Assembly: GCA_942491805.1 (NCBI GenBank)
Contig: CALOCG010000026.1
Span: forward strand, 24,138 to 88,137
Source of the DNA: Nitrospinota bacterium
GTDB lineage: Bacteria; Nitrospinota_A; UBA7883; JADGGD01
Direction: 5' to 3'
Length of the DNA stretch: 64,000 nt
The notes under the pieces: generated by a model
Database searches by the model: none
Seen by the model: only the letters and a program-made list of their open reading frames with translations
Told to the model about the DNA's origin: nothing
Translations under genes and position numbers: made by a program
Part shown: one piece after another, positions 28,059 through 37,959 of the stretch
How the letters are laid out: the number at the start of each line of letters is the position of its first letter
How positions within the stretch are numbered: the stretch's first letter is position 1

Positions 28059-30389
28059 TTATTTGCCGCCGGGATTGGCGCCACCTTTATCCACCCCGAT
28101 GGAGTGCATGTAGGTAACGGCCAAGTTGTAATCGTCGCCGAGTTTCTTCCCTTTGTAGAGACGTTTCTCGGCGACGGTCGGCACCCCGCCTTTGTTGACT
28201 TCGTGACACGCCACGCATTTGACCGGACCGTGATCCCCGTCGGGGTTCATGGAAGCGGCCTGATTGTAGGAGGTCAGGTCAACCTTGTCGGTGACGGGAT
28301 AAAGCCCGTGAATCGACTCGTGGCAGGTCTGGCAGGTCAGCCCCGCATGCCCTTTGGAGTAGCGCATGAGAGACGGCTTGCCCGGCTGGTTGATCGGGAA
28401 AGCGACCCCCCCTTGCCCTTCGCCGTACGGAGCGGCGTGGCAGTCGGCGCAGTGGGGCTCGCCCGGGGAGAGCCAGTAGTCCCGCCCGTGGGTGGCGGCG
28501 CTGTAGGGAACGGCCATGCCTCCCTCAACCTTGACGGCCGGGTTGGCGGAGAGGATCGAGACCGAGACGTCGCCGTCTACGTCCTTGCTGACCACCGGCC
28601 CGCCGTCTTTCACGGCGATGACGGCGATGTCGGGGACCATCCGGTCTTCGGCCCAGGTCAGGATCACGCCGGAGTCTTTGTCCTCCCCTTCCATCGGCAC
28701 TTTCGGGTCGATGTAGCGGGAGATCAGGATCGCCCGGTCGACGCCGATAGCTTCGGCGATCTGGTCGAGCGATTTGTTCCGAATGGTCTCGCCGGTCAGG
28801 GCGAAGGCGTTCTCCAGATTATCTCGCTGATACAGCTCGCGGGTCAGCTGGTTGTGACAGTTGGTGCACCAGAGACCTTTGTACTTCCCGTCTTCCTTCA
28901 CGACGTTGTCGGCGAGGTAGGTTCCGATGGCGTTCAGGTGCTTGTCGGTTTTAAGGGCCTTGTCGGCTTTCGGGTTGGAGTGGACGTCGCGGCCGACGAA
29001 GCAGCCCCCTTTGGCGTCCCGGTTGTCGGAGTCGGCGTAGGCGTTCTTGCCGTCTGCGGTGATCGGGTAGCCCTCCATGGAGCGGTTCTGCCGGTGGGCC
29101 GGGTGGCACCCTTGGCAGGAACCGGTGCGTCCTTTGCTGTCAGGCATCGGGCGCATCTTCTGGTGAGCCGAGTGAATGGCTTGCGTCAACGGCGGCAGAA
29201 CTTTCTTGCCGTCTTTGGCGCCTTTGACCACGTCCCCCTTGGTCTTGGACTGAAGCACGCCGATGACGTTGTCGGCATGACATTTCTGGCAGAGAACCGC
29301 CCCCCGACCGAGCCGGTTGGAGGTGGCTTTCGGGTTGTAGTTAGCCAAGAAGTCGGTGCCGTGTTTGCTGTCGTGGATCTCCATGATGGAAATCGCGGTC
29401 GCTTTCAAGGCAGAGAACCAGTCGGACGAACCGACCGATTTCCAATAGGCCATTTCGCCTTTGTACTTGTTGAACTTGGCGCCGTTGGCGTTTTCGTTGG
29501 CATGGCAGTTGAAACAGTTGGGGACGTCGATCGGGTTGGTGCCGACATACGAAACCGGCTTGCCGGTGGTCGAGTCGATGACCGCTTTCCCCGAGTCGGC
29601 GTCGACCAAGGTGACCCGCCCCTGCTGGAACGGTTGAATGTCGGTCTCTTCGACTTTCAGAATCCCCTTCGTCATTTCAGAGTCGAGGAAAGGAGTTAAC
29701 GGTAAGCCCAAGGCTTCCCAGATGCCTGGGTTGGTCAGCATGATCGGGGTGTTGTCGAGAACCGGCGACTTGGTGTAGACGACGGTCCCTTTTTCCCCCG
29801 AGTAGCGGAGATACCCCCCCGAAACCGGCTGACCGGCGGGGCCGGCGTCGATCGGGATCGGAAGGTCGCGGCCGACATGCAGTTTCTTGGCGTCGGCGGA
29901 GGTTCCATCCGGGTTGGAGCCTTCGAGGTCGGCGTAGATGTAGAGGTGGTCGAAGTAGGCGTTGGCCACCGATTCGTTGGGACCGTAAGGATTGCCGTCG
30001 CCGTCCATGTCGTACGGGACGTTCCAGTAGGCCATTTTGTTGCCTTCGGAGTAGCTGTTGTCGATATGCTCGTAGAACAGCTTGAACCGTTTGTCGCCGT
30101 CGACGACGATGGTCGGGTCTTTCGGATCGGCGCCCAAGAGGGTCGGCTTTCCGTCTTTGCTGAACTTCCCGTTCTTGACGATCTGCGTCAAGATCGAGTT
30201 GTACGGCGGCAGTACGCAGCAGTACGAGAAGTCGAACCCGGTGCAGTGCATCCCCAGTTCGTAGTTGATCGAAATCACATAGTCGTGACCTTCCGCCTTC
30301 TTTGCCGTCGCGGTCGGCGCTGCGCCGAACGTCATGGCAAGAGCGGCGACGAGCGCGATGGCCGTCTGTTTCAAACCCCTTCGTTTCAT
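28059..30389 (-). CDS. large secreted multihaem c-type cytochrome (seven CxxCH)
   Basis: Start MKRRGLKQTAIALVAALAMTFGAAPTATA at ATG 30389 with a GGAGG RBS. Haem motifs are CFNCH, CQKCH, CQGCH, CTNCH, CADCH, CQTCH and CVACH. The first ~300 mature residues have no haem site. Confidence 0.85.
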   Translation of the reverse strand: MKRRGLKQTAIALVAALAMTFGAAPTATAKKAEGHDYVISINYELGMHCTGFDFSYCCVLPPYNSILTQIVKNGKFSKDGKPTLLGADPKDPTIVVDGDKRFKLFYEHIDNSYSEGNKMAYWNVPYDMDGDGNPYGPNESVANAYFDHLYIYADLEGSNPDGTSADAKKLHVGRDLPIPIDAGPAGQPVSGGYLRYSGEKGTVVYTKSPVLDNTPIMLTNPGIWEALGLPLTPFLDSEMTKGILKVEETDIQPFQQGRVTLVDADSGKAVIDSTTGKPVSYVGTNPIDVPNCFNCHANENANGAKFNKYKGEMAYWKSVGSSDWFSALKATAISIMEIHDSKHGTDFLANYNPKATSNRLGRGAVLCQKCHADNVIGVLQSKTKGDVVKGAKDGKKVLPPLTQAIHSAHQKMRPMPDSKGRTGSCQGCHPAHRQNRSMEGYPITADGKNAYADSDNRDAKGGCFVGRDVHSNPKADKALKTDKHLNAIGTYLADNVVKEDGKYKGLWCTNCHNQLTRELYQRDNLENAFALTGETIRNKSLDQIAEAIGVDRAILISRYIDPKVPMEGEDKDSGVILTWAEDRMVPDIAVIAVKDGGPVVSKDVDGDVSVSILSANPAVKVEGGMAVPYSAATHGRDYWLSPGEPHCADCHAAPYGEGQGGVAFPINQPGKPSLMRYSKGHAGLTCQTCHESIHGLYPVTDKVDLTSYNQAASMNPDGDHGPVKCVACHEVNKGGVPTVAEKRLYKGKKLGDDYNLAVTYMHSIGVDKGGANPGGK

Positions 30390-30634
30390 AAAACCCCTCC
30401 TTAATGGAAACCGACAAAACCCCAAACGCCGATAGATGAGCGGACAGGGCATGCTCCTGCACGTTCGACCACCGGTTTGCGGGGCGTTATTCGCTAAGGC
30501 GAAGAATGGAACCGTCGCCAAGGCGGCCCCCTGCCTTGACTTGGAAAATCATAGTCCCTTGACATGGATCGGTAAAGGGAGCGGCGCGAATTTTCCGCGA
30601 AGCTCTGTATGCTTCCATAGACGATTGTATATGG

Positions 30635-31912
30635 TCAAAAGAGTATCCCTACGAGGTAGAGAGAAAGCCACGGGACGTAGGTGATCACCACCAGCGCGGC
30701 GATCAACACTCCCATCCATGGTAGCGCCGCCTTGGTCACGTCCCCTAAACTCATGCCGGTCAGCCCGGCGGCGACGTAGAGGTTCAACCCGACCGGGGGA
30801 GTGATCATCCCGACCTCCATGTTGGTGGTCATGACGATGCCGAGATGGATCGGATCGATACCGAGTTCGATGGCGATGGGGTGAAAAAGGGGCGCCAAGA
30901 TCAACAAGATGGCCGACGGTTCCATGAAGTCGCCGGCGAACCAGAGGATGACGTTGACCGCCAACAGGAACGAGGCGGGGCTGGGATCGGACGAAAGAAC
31001 CGCTTCGGCCAGATGTTGCGGTATCCGCTCCTCGGTGAGGGTGTGGGCGAAGATCATGGCGCAGGCGATGATGAACATCAGGACCGAGGTCATTTTCGAG
31101 GCGGCCAGCATCACCTTGGGAATGTCGCGCACGGTCATGTCGCGGTGAATGACCAGCGCGATGAAGGCGGAGTAGACGGCGGCCACAGAGGCCGCTTCGG
31201 TGGGGGTGAAGGCGCCGACGTAGATGCCCCCCACCACGATAACGATGAGTAAGAGCCCCCAAAACGCCGCCCGAAACGTCTTCCACAAATGACCGAACCC
31301 TCGCCACTCTTCTTTCGGCATGTTGGTTCGTTTGGCGACGAACCAGGTGGCGAACAGAAGAACCCCCCCCATCAACGCGCCGGGCAAGATGCCGGCGATG
31401 AACATCTTCCCGACCGACTCTTCCACGGCGTCGGCGTAGACGATCATCGGGATCGACGGGGGGATAAGTATGCCGAGACTGCCGGAGGTGGCGATGACCC
31501 CGACGGCGAACTTTCGGTCGTACCCGGCTTTGATCATGCCGGGGATCATGATCGACCCGATGGCGACCACGGTGGCGGGAGACGAGCCGGAGATGGCGGC
31601 GAATAACATACACGAGACGACCCCGGCCATGGCCAGACCGCCGGTCGACCAGCCGATCAACGCCCGGGCGAAGTTGACCAGTCGGGCGGAGACCCCGCCG
31701 GTGGTCAGGAAATGGGACGAGAGAATAAAGAAAGGGATCGAGAGGAGGGTGGTGTGCTCCATGGTGGAGAAGAGTTTCTGCGCCACCACCACCGGGGCGA
31801 CGTCGGTGGCGGTGGCCAGATAGATCAGGCTGGAGAGCCCCAAGCTGATGGCGATCGGGACGCCGAGGAGCAACAGGGCGAGGAGACCGACAAAGAGGAG
31901 AACGGCGGTCAT
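30635..31912 (-). CDS. dctM: TRAP transporter large permease
   Basis: 425 aa, polytopic, typical DctM sequence; overlaps dctQ by 4 nt. Confidence 0.9.
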   Translation of the reverse strand: MTAVLLFVGLLALLLLGVPIAISLGLSSLIYLATATDVAPVVVAQKLFSTMEHTTLLSIPFFILSSHFLTTGGVSARLVNFARALIGWSTGGLAMAGVVSCMLFAAISGSSPATVVAIGSIMIPGMIKAGYDRKFAVGVIATSGSLGILIPPSIPMIVYADAVEESVGKMFIAGILPGALMGGVLLFATWFVAKRTNMPKEEWRGFGHLWKTFRAAFWGLLLIVIVVGGIYVGAFTPTEAASVAAVYSAFIALVIHRDMTVRDIPKVMLAASKMTSVLMFIIACAMIFAHTLTEERIPQHLAEAVLSSDPSPASFLLAVNVILWFAGDFMEPSAILLILAPLFHPIAIELGIDPIHLGIVMTTNMEVGMITPPVGLNLYVAAGLTGMSLGDVTKAALPWMGVLIAALVVITYVPWLSLYLVGILF

Positions 31913-32427
31913 CCGACCACCTCCTCAATCCGATGGGCGTCAGCCTCCGATGCGGCCACCCGGGCTTTCTCCCCTGTGGCGATTTTCCACGTCACCACCG
32001 TCAAGTGAAGGAACATCAGGCCGAGGCCGAAGGGGATGGCCAGGTACGGAATCCATTGCGGTATCTGTAGGTCGATGGTCAGATCGCCCCACTTTTTGAT
32101 CTTCATGGTGTAGCCGACCGAGAGCCACCAGACCCATCCGACAAAGAGAAGGGAGAGCGCCGCCGCCCCTATGGACGCGATCCGTTGCCCCTTGGGGGGG
32201 AGTTTTTCGACGGCGATGTCGATGCCGAGATGGGCGCCCTCCCGCACCCCGTAAGCGGCGCCGACGAGAACGACCCACGCGAAGAGATACTGCACCGTCT
32301 CCAAGACCCAGGGGAACCCGGTCTCGAACAGGTAGCGTGCGACCACATTGGCGAAGACGAGCAACGTGGCGGTGCCCAGCCCGACGGTGATGATGATCTG
32401 CTCAATCCTGAGCAACAGTTTTTTCAT
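31909..32427 (-). CDS. dctQ: TRAP transporter small permease
   Basis: 172 aa, four TM segments, located between dctP and dctM. Confidence 0.85.
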   Translation of the reverse strand: MKKLLLRIEQIIITVGLGTATLLVFANVVARYLFETGFPWVLETVQYLFAWVVLVGAAYGVREGAHLGIDIAVEKLPPKGQRIASIGAAALSLLFVGWVWWLSVGYTMKIKKWGDLTIDLQIPQWIPYLAIPFGLGLMFLHLTVVTWKIATGEKARVAASEADAHRIEEVVG

Positions 32428-32445
32428 GACCTCCCCACCGTCGCC

Positions 32446-33456
32446 CTATCTGCCGAGTAGGGTATGGATGTCGTTCAGCAAATCTTGCCCGATCTCGCGG
32501 GCGAACTCCTTCTCGACCCCGGCGCACCCCTTTTTCCATTGAGCCCGCTGCTCCGGCGTCAGGTCGACGATTTTCACCTTGCCGCTCTCTTCGATTTTCT
32601 TCCGGTCGACGAGGGCGTCTTCGGCGGCGAACTTCTGCGCTTCGACCGAGACTTCCTTTAAAATCGCGGTCAGTTCGGCCCGAACGTCCCCCGGCAACCC
32701 GTCCCAGAACTCGGCGCTGACGACGATGAGATAGCCGAGATACGAATGATTCGAGACGGTGATCCAATCCTGAGCTTCGAAGAACTTCTTGGAATAGATG
32801 TTCGACCAACTATTCTCCTGCCCGTCGACCACCCCTTGAGCCAGCGAGGTGTAGACCTCTTTAAAGGGGAGTTTCTGCGGAATGCCTCCCAAGTCTTTGA
32901 TCATCGCTTCGTGGACGGCTGACGATTGAATCCGAAACTTCTTCCCCTTAAAATCGCCCGGGACGTTGATCAACGGCGATTCCCCGCGAATCGAGAAGAC
33001 CTTCATCCCGTTGTCCCAGAAGCCGAGCCCTTTGATCCCCCGCTTGGCCAGCGGCCCGACCATTTTCTCGGCCACCGGCGAGTCGGCCAGTTTGTGGACG
33101 TCTTCCACCGACTCGAAGAGATAGGGGAGATCGAAGGCTTGAATAGTCTTCGAGAACTTGACGAACTTCGACAACGACGGCGCCGCCATGAGACCGGTGG
33201 TCGGCGAGTCGGACAGCCGCATCGCTTCGATAACCTTATCGTCGTCATAAAGCTGGGAGCTGGGAAAGACCTCCACCTTCACCCGACCCGCCATCCGCTT
33301 ATTCACCGTCGTGGCGAAAAGATCGGCCGCTTTCCCTTTCGGACTGTTGGGGGAGACGACGTGGGAGAACTTGATGAGATACTCCTTCGCATAGGCGTTC
33401 GGCGCGACGAGAAGAAAGACGGAAGCGAGAAGAACAGCGCGGAGGGGAAAGGACAT
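32446..33456 (-). CDS. dctP: TRAP transporter substrate-binding protein (DctP family)
   Basis: 336 aa with a signal peptide; DctP-family pattern (..KFSHVVSPNSPKG.., ..LQSSAVHEAM..). Confidence 0.9.
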   Translation of the reverse strand: MSFPLRAVLLASVFLLVAPNAYAKEYLIKFSHVVSPNSPKGKAADLFATTVNKRMAGRVKVEVFPSSQLYDDDKVIEAMRLSDSPTTGLMAAPSLSKFVKFSKTIQAFDLPYLFESVEDVHKLADSPVAEKMVGPLAKRGIKGLGFWDNGMKVFSIRGESPLINVPGDFKGKKFRIQSSAVHEAMIKDLGGIPQKLPFKEVYTSLAQGVVDGQENSWSNIYSKKFFEAQDWITVSNHSYLGYLIVVSAEFWDGLPGDVRAELTAILKEVSVEAQKFAAEDALVDRKKIEESGKVKIVDLTPEQRAQWKKGCAGVEKEFAREIGQDLLNDIHTLLGR

Positions 33457-33559
33457 GACGGTCTCCCTTGGCGAGATGGGGATGGATGACTTTCAGAATA
33501 GCCCTTCGGTGAGCGATAGGCAATGGAAGGAGGGGCTCTTAACCGGTCAAGCTACTGCA

Positions 33560-34774
33560 CTATTTTCGTAACTGTAGAAGCATGCGTACGTGAATAGAAC
33601 GATGATTCGCCGTGAGTTTGAAGTGTTCGATTAGGTATGCGTCGAACGCCATCATTGGAGTACTAGAATGAGACGCGTCAGATATCATCCGAGCGGCTTG
33701 CATCATTTGGAACAACTGAACCGTATCCAGTATATGCAGGAATCCGCCTGTTTCCTGCGCAAACTCTACTACACGATCAAACCAGTTTTCGTTCTTTTCC
33801 GCCAACAGATCCAGTTCAGGCACTAAGATAATGGCATGTGGTGGCTGCTCACGCTCCAATTCTATAACTTTGCCCTGCTCATCAAATACGGGCACATTGT
33901 CACGTAGCTTCCGCGCTGCCCCTTTTAATTGTTTGAACCCTTTTTCAGCCGACTTATCAATATTTCTTAAAAGTTTTGCTCTATCTGGTAGTTTTGTGCG
34001 TTGCTCGAGTATGCTTAACGTCTTGGATTCTAAAAGGATGGTTCCGTATTCGTGTGTAAGCAATAAATCAGTGAATTCCCTGTTTCCGTTTGGTTCGTGC
34101 CTCTGGGGGTTAGGATACGCTCCCCGTGGCGACAGGTCACCAAGCAGTGTATGTGCCAATTGCTCCTGATAACTGCCTTCATTATCAGAAAGCAAATTAA
34201 GCCTTGAAACGCGAACACCATTTAGAATGAAATGGCTTTGGAGAGCTTTCCAGCCTGCAGTTGGCTTAATATCAGCTTGGGTTTTCGTGCTACCAGTACC
34301 ATTGTCAACTTGCTTATGAACCACGCTTAGCTCGTCCGCATATTTTGCGGGGTCCGCATTATCAAGAAGCGCTGCGTCAACAAATTCCAATATTGAGACA
34401 CCAATATCTATCGTCACCGATGTCCATGCGCAGTTCACGCAGGCTTCATTGAAAAGGTAGATGGAACACCGACCATGCTTTGCCAAGTCTTTTACTGCAA
34501 TAACTTCATCATCTTTTGTGAGTAGCGACCACATGACAAAACCAGTAGCCAAGTCATCTCTGACATGAATGCCATAGATACAATGTCCATCTTTGGTCAT
34601 AAAGAAGAATAACTTTAGAGGTACGTCTTGTGCGATGTATTTGAGCGTCAAAGAATGCGCTTTAATTACAATGGTTGGATGACGTTCGCTTCCGTCTTGA
34701 TAAGGAAAGCAGAACCGTACAAATTGAGGCGTTGCCAACATCTCTTCCAACATCTCAGAACTAGGTATATGCAT
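33560..34774 (-). CDS. hypothetical protein with NERD / PD-(D/E)xK nuclease-like central region, in a low-GC islet
   Basis: 404-aa ORF with AT-rich codon usage. ..SYQEQLAHTLL..NREFTDLLLTHEYGTILLESKTL.. gives E...D-x12-E-x-K spacing. I recognise no family for the flanking regions. Confidence 0.6.
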   Translation of the reverse strand: MHIPSSEMLEEMLATPQFVRFCFPYQDGSERHPTIVIKAHSLTLKYIAQDVPLKLFFFMTKDGHCIYGIHVRDDLATGFVMWSLLTKDDEVIAVKDLAKHGRCSIYLFNEACVNCAWTSVTIDIGVSILEFVDAALLDNADPAKYADELSVVHKQVDNGTGSTKTQADIKPTAGWKALQSHFILNGVRVSRLNLLSDNEGSYQEQLAHTLLGDLSPRGAYPNPQRHEPNGNREFTDLLLTHEYGTILLESKTLSILEQRTKLPDRAKLLRNIDKSAEKGFKQLKGAARKLRDNVPVFDEQGKVIELEREQPPHAIILVPELDLLAEKNENWFDRVVEFAQETGGFLHILDTVQLFQMMQAARMISDASHSSTPMMAFDAYLIEHFKLTANHRSIHVRMLLQLRK

Positions 34775-34850
34775 AAACTACCCAAAAAAACTTACAATCG
34801 AGCGCCGACTCTTCATCAACAACGTGCGGCAGAGAACACCCATGCGGGTG

Positions 34851-35216
34851 TGGTGGAGGCGAGGGGAGTCGAACCCCTGTCCGAAAATCCTGACCCATAG
34901 CATCTACGCGTGTAGTCGCTGTACCCTTTTCTTACTTCCCCGGTTTGCCCGCGACAGGCGCCGGAAAAGCCAGCCGACCTTTGTTTCGCATCAGGGCCAG
35001 TCGGCCACTCCCTTCAGCTAGCCCGCGTGCATGACGCCCGTAACCCACCCCGCAGACTAAAGTGGACGAGCGACTGTCAGACCGCTAGTTAGGCGGCGAC
35101 AGCGTAGTTGTAGTCGTTGGCGACTAACATTGTGCCACAGGGATTTACGAGGATCCGTGACCTCCTCGACGCGCAACTATGAACCGCGGCATTCCCGTCG
35201 AAACCGGTACGCCCCC
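34851..35216 (-). ncRNA. ssrA: tmRNA (transfer-messenger RNA), one-piece
   Basis: 5' GGGGGCG pairs with 3' CGCCTCC-ACCA, with G3:U. T-arm is GGGG-TTCGACT-CCCC. The internal tag reading frame GCC AAC GAC TAC AAC TAC GCT GTC GCC GCC TAA encodes ANDYNYAVAA. Confidence 0.95.
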
Positions 35217-35277
35217 GATTTCGCAACGAGCCGTAGCTCAGCCCTCATTATACGCCGATACTGGCTATAATAGCCAT

Positions 35278-35751
35278 ATGAACGAACATCGACGCCATAT
35301 CGACCGAGCCCTTGAGCTGGCCCGGGCCGGTATGGAACAGGGCGCCGGCTACCCTTTCGGCGCCGTTATCGTGCGGGACGGCGACGTCGTGGCCGAAGCT
35401 CACAACCGGGTGTTGGTCAACCACGACCCGACCGCCCACGCCGAGATCGAAGCGATTCGGCTTGCCGGGGAACGACTCCGGACCCACGAGCTGACCGGTC
35501 TTGTCATCTACGCCTCCGGCGAGCCGTGCCCCATGTGTCTGGCCGCCATCTATTGGGCCGGGATCGAGACGGTTCACTACGCAGGGACCGTCGATGACGC
35601 CGCCGGGATCGATTTCGACGACCGGTATATCTTCGACCAGCTCGCCCTGCCGCCGAGTCAACGGAAAGTGCGGATGATCGCTATGGAGGGGGTCGCCGAC
35701 AAAGTCGCCCCCCTCTACCAGGCGTGGGCCGACCGTCAGGCGCGAAGCTGA
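35278..35751 (+). CDS. CMP/dCMP-type zinc deaminase (guanine deaminase / nucleoside deaminase family)
   Basis: HAE (TAHAEIEAI) and PCPMC zinc-binding motifs; 157 aa from ATG 35278. The track start 35179 would overlap ssrA. Confidence 0.8.
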   Translation: MNEHRRHIDRALELARAGMEQGAGYPFGAVIVRDGDVVAEAHNRVLVNHDPTAHAEIEAIRLAGERLRTHELTGLVIYASGEPCPMCLAAIYWAGIETVHYAGTVDDAAGIDFDDRYIFDQLALPPSQRKVRMIAMEGVADKVAPLYQAWADRQARS

Positions 35752-37004
35752 TCCCTGAGAGCCCCGACCAGATAGAACGACCCGCAAACCAGCCAGACCG
35801 TATCGGCAGGAGCGTCGTCGACCATCCGGGTCACCTCTTCCGGCGACGTCGCCTCGGCGATCGGCCCGGTGAACGATTCCGGCAGTGCGGCGCGCAGGTC
35901 CGCCGACGACGACGCCCGATCCATGGAAGGGGCATAGAAGGTGATCGACCGACAAAGAGGCGCCAAGGTCGCCACCATTTTCGGATAGTCCTTATCCTTC
36001 ATCGCGCCGAACACCAGCGCCACCGGACGGTCGACGAGCCGCCCCACCGTCCGCGCCAGCTCCGACACCGCCAACGCATTGTGGGCGCCGTCGAGAATCA
36101 CCAACGGCTCACCACGCACGATTTCGAACCGCCCGTCGATCTTCGCCGCTAACACGCCAGCCCGGATCGTTTTCTCATCGATGGTCGGGTCGAAAAGCCG
36201 CGCCGCCCGGATAGCCAGCGCCCCGTTATCGCACTGGCGTCGCCCCACCAGCGGCAGTTTGATGTTCGACAGGGTCAACGACGGATCGCGGTAGTCGAAC
36301 CGTTCCCCTGTCAGGCCCCCCTTTCGATACCGGACGTCGAACTCCCGCCCGATTCGATAGCAGGGGGCGTTCAGGTCGGCGCAGGTTGTTTCGAAATGGG
36401 CCTGTAGCCGGGGGCGGGTCACCCCATGGACCAACGGCCGTCCTTCTTTGACGATGCCGAGCTTTTCGAGCGCCACGTTCTTGAGCGAGCCGCCGAGAGT
36501 TTCGACATGATCGAGACCGACGGAGCAGATAATCGCCACCGCCGGGTCGACCACGTTGAAGGCGTCGAACCGCCCGCCAAGCCCCACCTCCACCACCGCC
36601 ACATCAAGCTTCTCTTCGGCGAAATGGAGAAACGCCATGGCGGCGATCGCTTCGAAATAGGTGACCGGTAACGGCGGATCGGCGACGGTCGCGGCGCGGA
36701 CCCGATCAACCAGCGCGGCGAAAGTCGGCTCGTCGATCATGGCGCCATCGACCACGATCCGTTCCCGGACATCGGCGAGGTGCGGCGAGAGACTAAGGCC
36801 GACTCGTTTTCCCGACGCGGTCAGGATCGACGCAGCCAACGTCGCCGTGGTCCCTTTGCCGTTGGTCCCGCCGACGATGATCGTCGGCGCTTTGGTGTGG
36901 GGATTGTCGAGCCGGGCCAACAGGGCGGTGATCGTCTCCAGCCCAAGCTTGATCCCCCGCGCGGCGAGGGTGTCGAGCCAGCCGAGAGGGGAGTTGTCGC
37001 TCAT
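35736..37004 (-). CDS. folC: bifunctional folylpolyglutamate synthase / dihydrofolate synthase
   Basis: 422 aa. GGTNGKGTT P-loop and Mur-ligase-like organisation. Confidence 0.9.
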   Translation of the reverse strand: MSDNSPLGWLDTLAARGIKLGLETITALLARLDNPHTKAPTIIVGGTNGKGTTATLAASILTASGKRVGLSLSPHLADVRERIVVDGAMIDEPTFAALVDRVRAATVADPPLPVTYFEAIAAMAFLHFAEEKLDVAVVEVGLGGRFDAFNVVDPAVAIICSVGLDHVETLGGSLKNVALEKLGIVKEGRPLVHGVTRPRLQAHFETTCADLNAPCYRIGREFDVRYRKGGLTGERFDYRDPSLTLSNIKLPLVGRRQCDNGALAIRAARLFDPTIDEKTIRAGVLAAKIDGRFEIVRGEPLVILDGAHNALAVSELARTVGRLVDRPVALVFGAMKDKDYPKMVATLAPLCRSITFYAPSMDRASSSADLRAALPESFTGPIAEATSPEEVTRMVDDAPADTVWLVCGSFYLVGALRDQLRA

Positions 37005-37032
37005 CGGGCCGGCGCAGACGCGGCGGGGAGGG

Positions 37033-37935
37033 TCACTCCTCCACCGCCCCTTCTTCTTCGCGATGTTCCGGCTCGTCGTCGTGGGGGACGGCGACGTTCG
37101 TCATGTAGGCGATCAACCCAGCGACGGTCTCTTTGAGTTGATGCCGGTGAACGACCATGTCGACGAAACCGTGTTCCAGCAGGAACTCGGCCCGCTGAAA
37201 CCCTTCCGGCAAGGTCTCTTTGATGGTCTGCTCGATAACCCGCGCTCCGGCGAAGCAGATAAGGGCGCCCGGTTCGGCGACGATAACGTCGCCTAACATG
37301 GCGTAACTGGCGGTGACACCGCCGGAGACCGGATCGGCCAACACCGAGATAAAGGGCAACCCGGCTTCCCCCAACATCGCCACGGCGCTACTGGTCTTGG
37401 CCATCTGCATCAGCGAGAGTATCCCCTCCTGCATCCGTGCGCCGCCGGAGCTGCTGACGATGACGACGCCCCGTCCGTTCTCGATCCCCCGTTCGATGGT
37501 GCGGGTCAGTTTCTCCCCCACCACCGAGCCCATCGACCCCCCCTGGAAGGCGAAATCGAGGGCGGCGATCTCCACCGGCACACCGTTCATCGTCCCGGAC
37601 CCTGCGATAACGGCGTCTTTGAGGCCGGTCTTTTTCTGCGACGCGACGACCCGGTCTTTGTACTTCTTCTGGTCGCGGAACTTGAGCGGATCGACGGTGA
37701 TCAGGTTCGCGTCGGCTTCGACGAAGCTCCCTTCGTCGATGAGGGTGGCCAGCCGCTCGCGGGCCGAGAGGCGATGGTGATGGTTGCACTGGGGGCAGAC
37801 CTTCTGGTTGGCCGCCAGTTCGTTGTGATAGACGATCTGCTTGCAGGAGGCGCATTTCTGCCACACCCCTTCGGGGACCCCCCGTTTCCCGGTGATGCGG
37901 GAAAGGGGCGTTTTGACTTTCGTGAACCAGCTCAT
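37033..37935 (-). CDS. accD: acetyl-CoA carboxylase carboxyltransferase subunit beta
   Basis: N-terminal Zn ribbon CASC...CPQC. Carboxyltransferase body ..GGSMGSVVGEK..SGGARMQEG. Confidence 0.95.
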   Translation of the reverse strand: MSWFTKVKTPLSRITGKRGVPEGVWQKCASCKQIVYHNELAANQKVCPQCNHHHRLSARERLATLIDEGSFVEADANLITVDPLKFRDQKKYKDRVVASQKKTGLKDAVIAGSGTMNGVPVEIAALDFAFQGGSMGSVVGEKLTRTIERGIENGRGVVIVSSSGGARMQEGILSLMQMAKTSSAVAMLGEAGLPFISVLADPVSGGVTASYAMLGDVIVAEPGALICFAGARVIEQTIKETLPEGFQRAEFLLEHGFVDMVVHRHQLKETVAGLIAYMTNVAVPHDDEPEHREEEGAVEE

Positions 37936-37959
37936 AGCGGTCTCCTCTTCGGCCCCCCG

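Noticed and set aside
30549-31928. 459-aa alternative-frame ORF over dctM
   Set aside because: It is on the same strand but out of frame with a textbook DctM sequence, and its product is R/H/P-rich with no membrane segments.
33523-33548. Possible degenerate direct repeat of the ssrA 3' end (atggaaggaggggctcttaacc versus gtggaggcgaggggagtcgaacc) marking the far end of the islet
   Set aside because: My hand alignment gives only about 16 matches in 26 positions with a gap. That is too weak to call an att site without statistics or comparative data.
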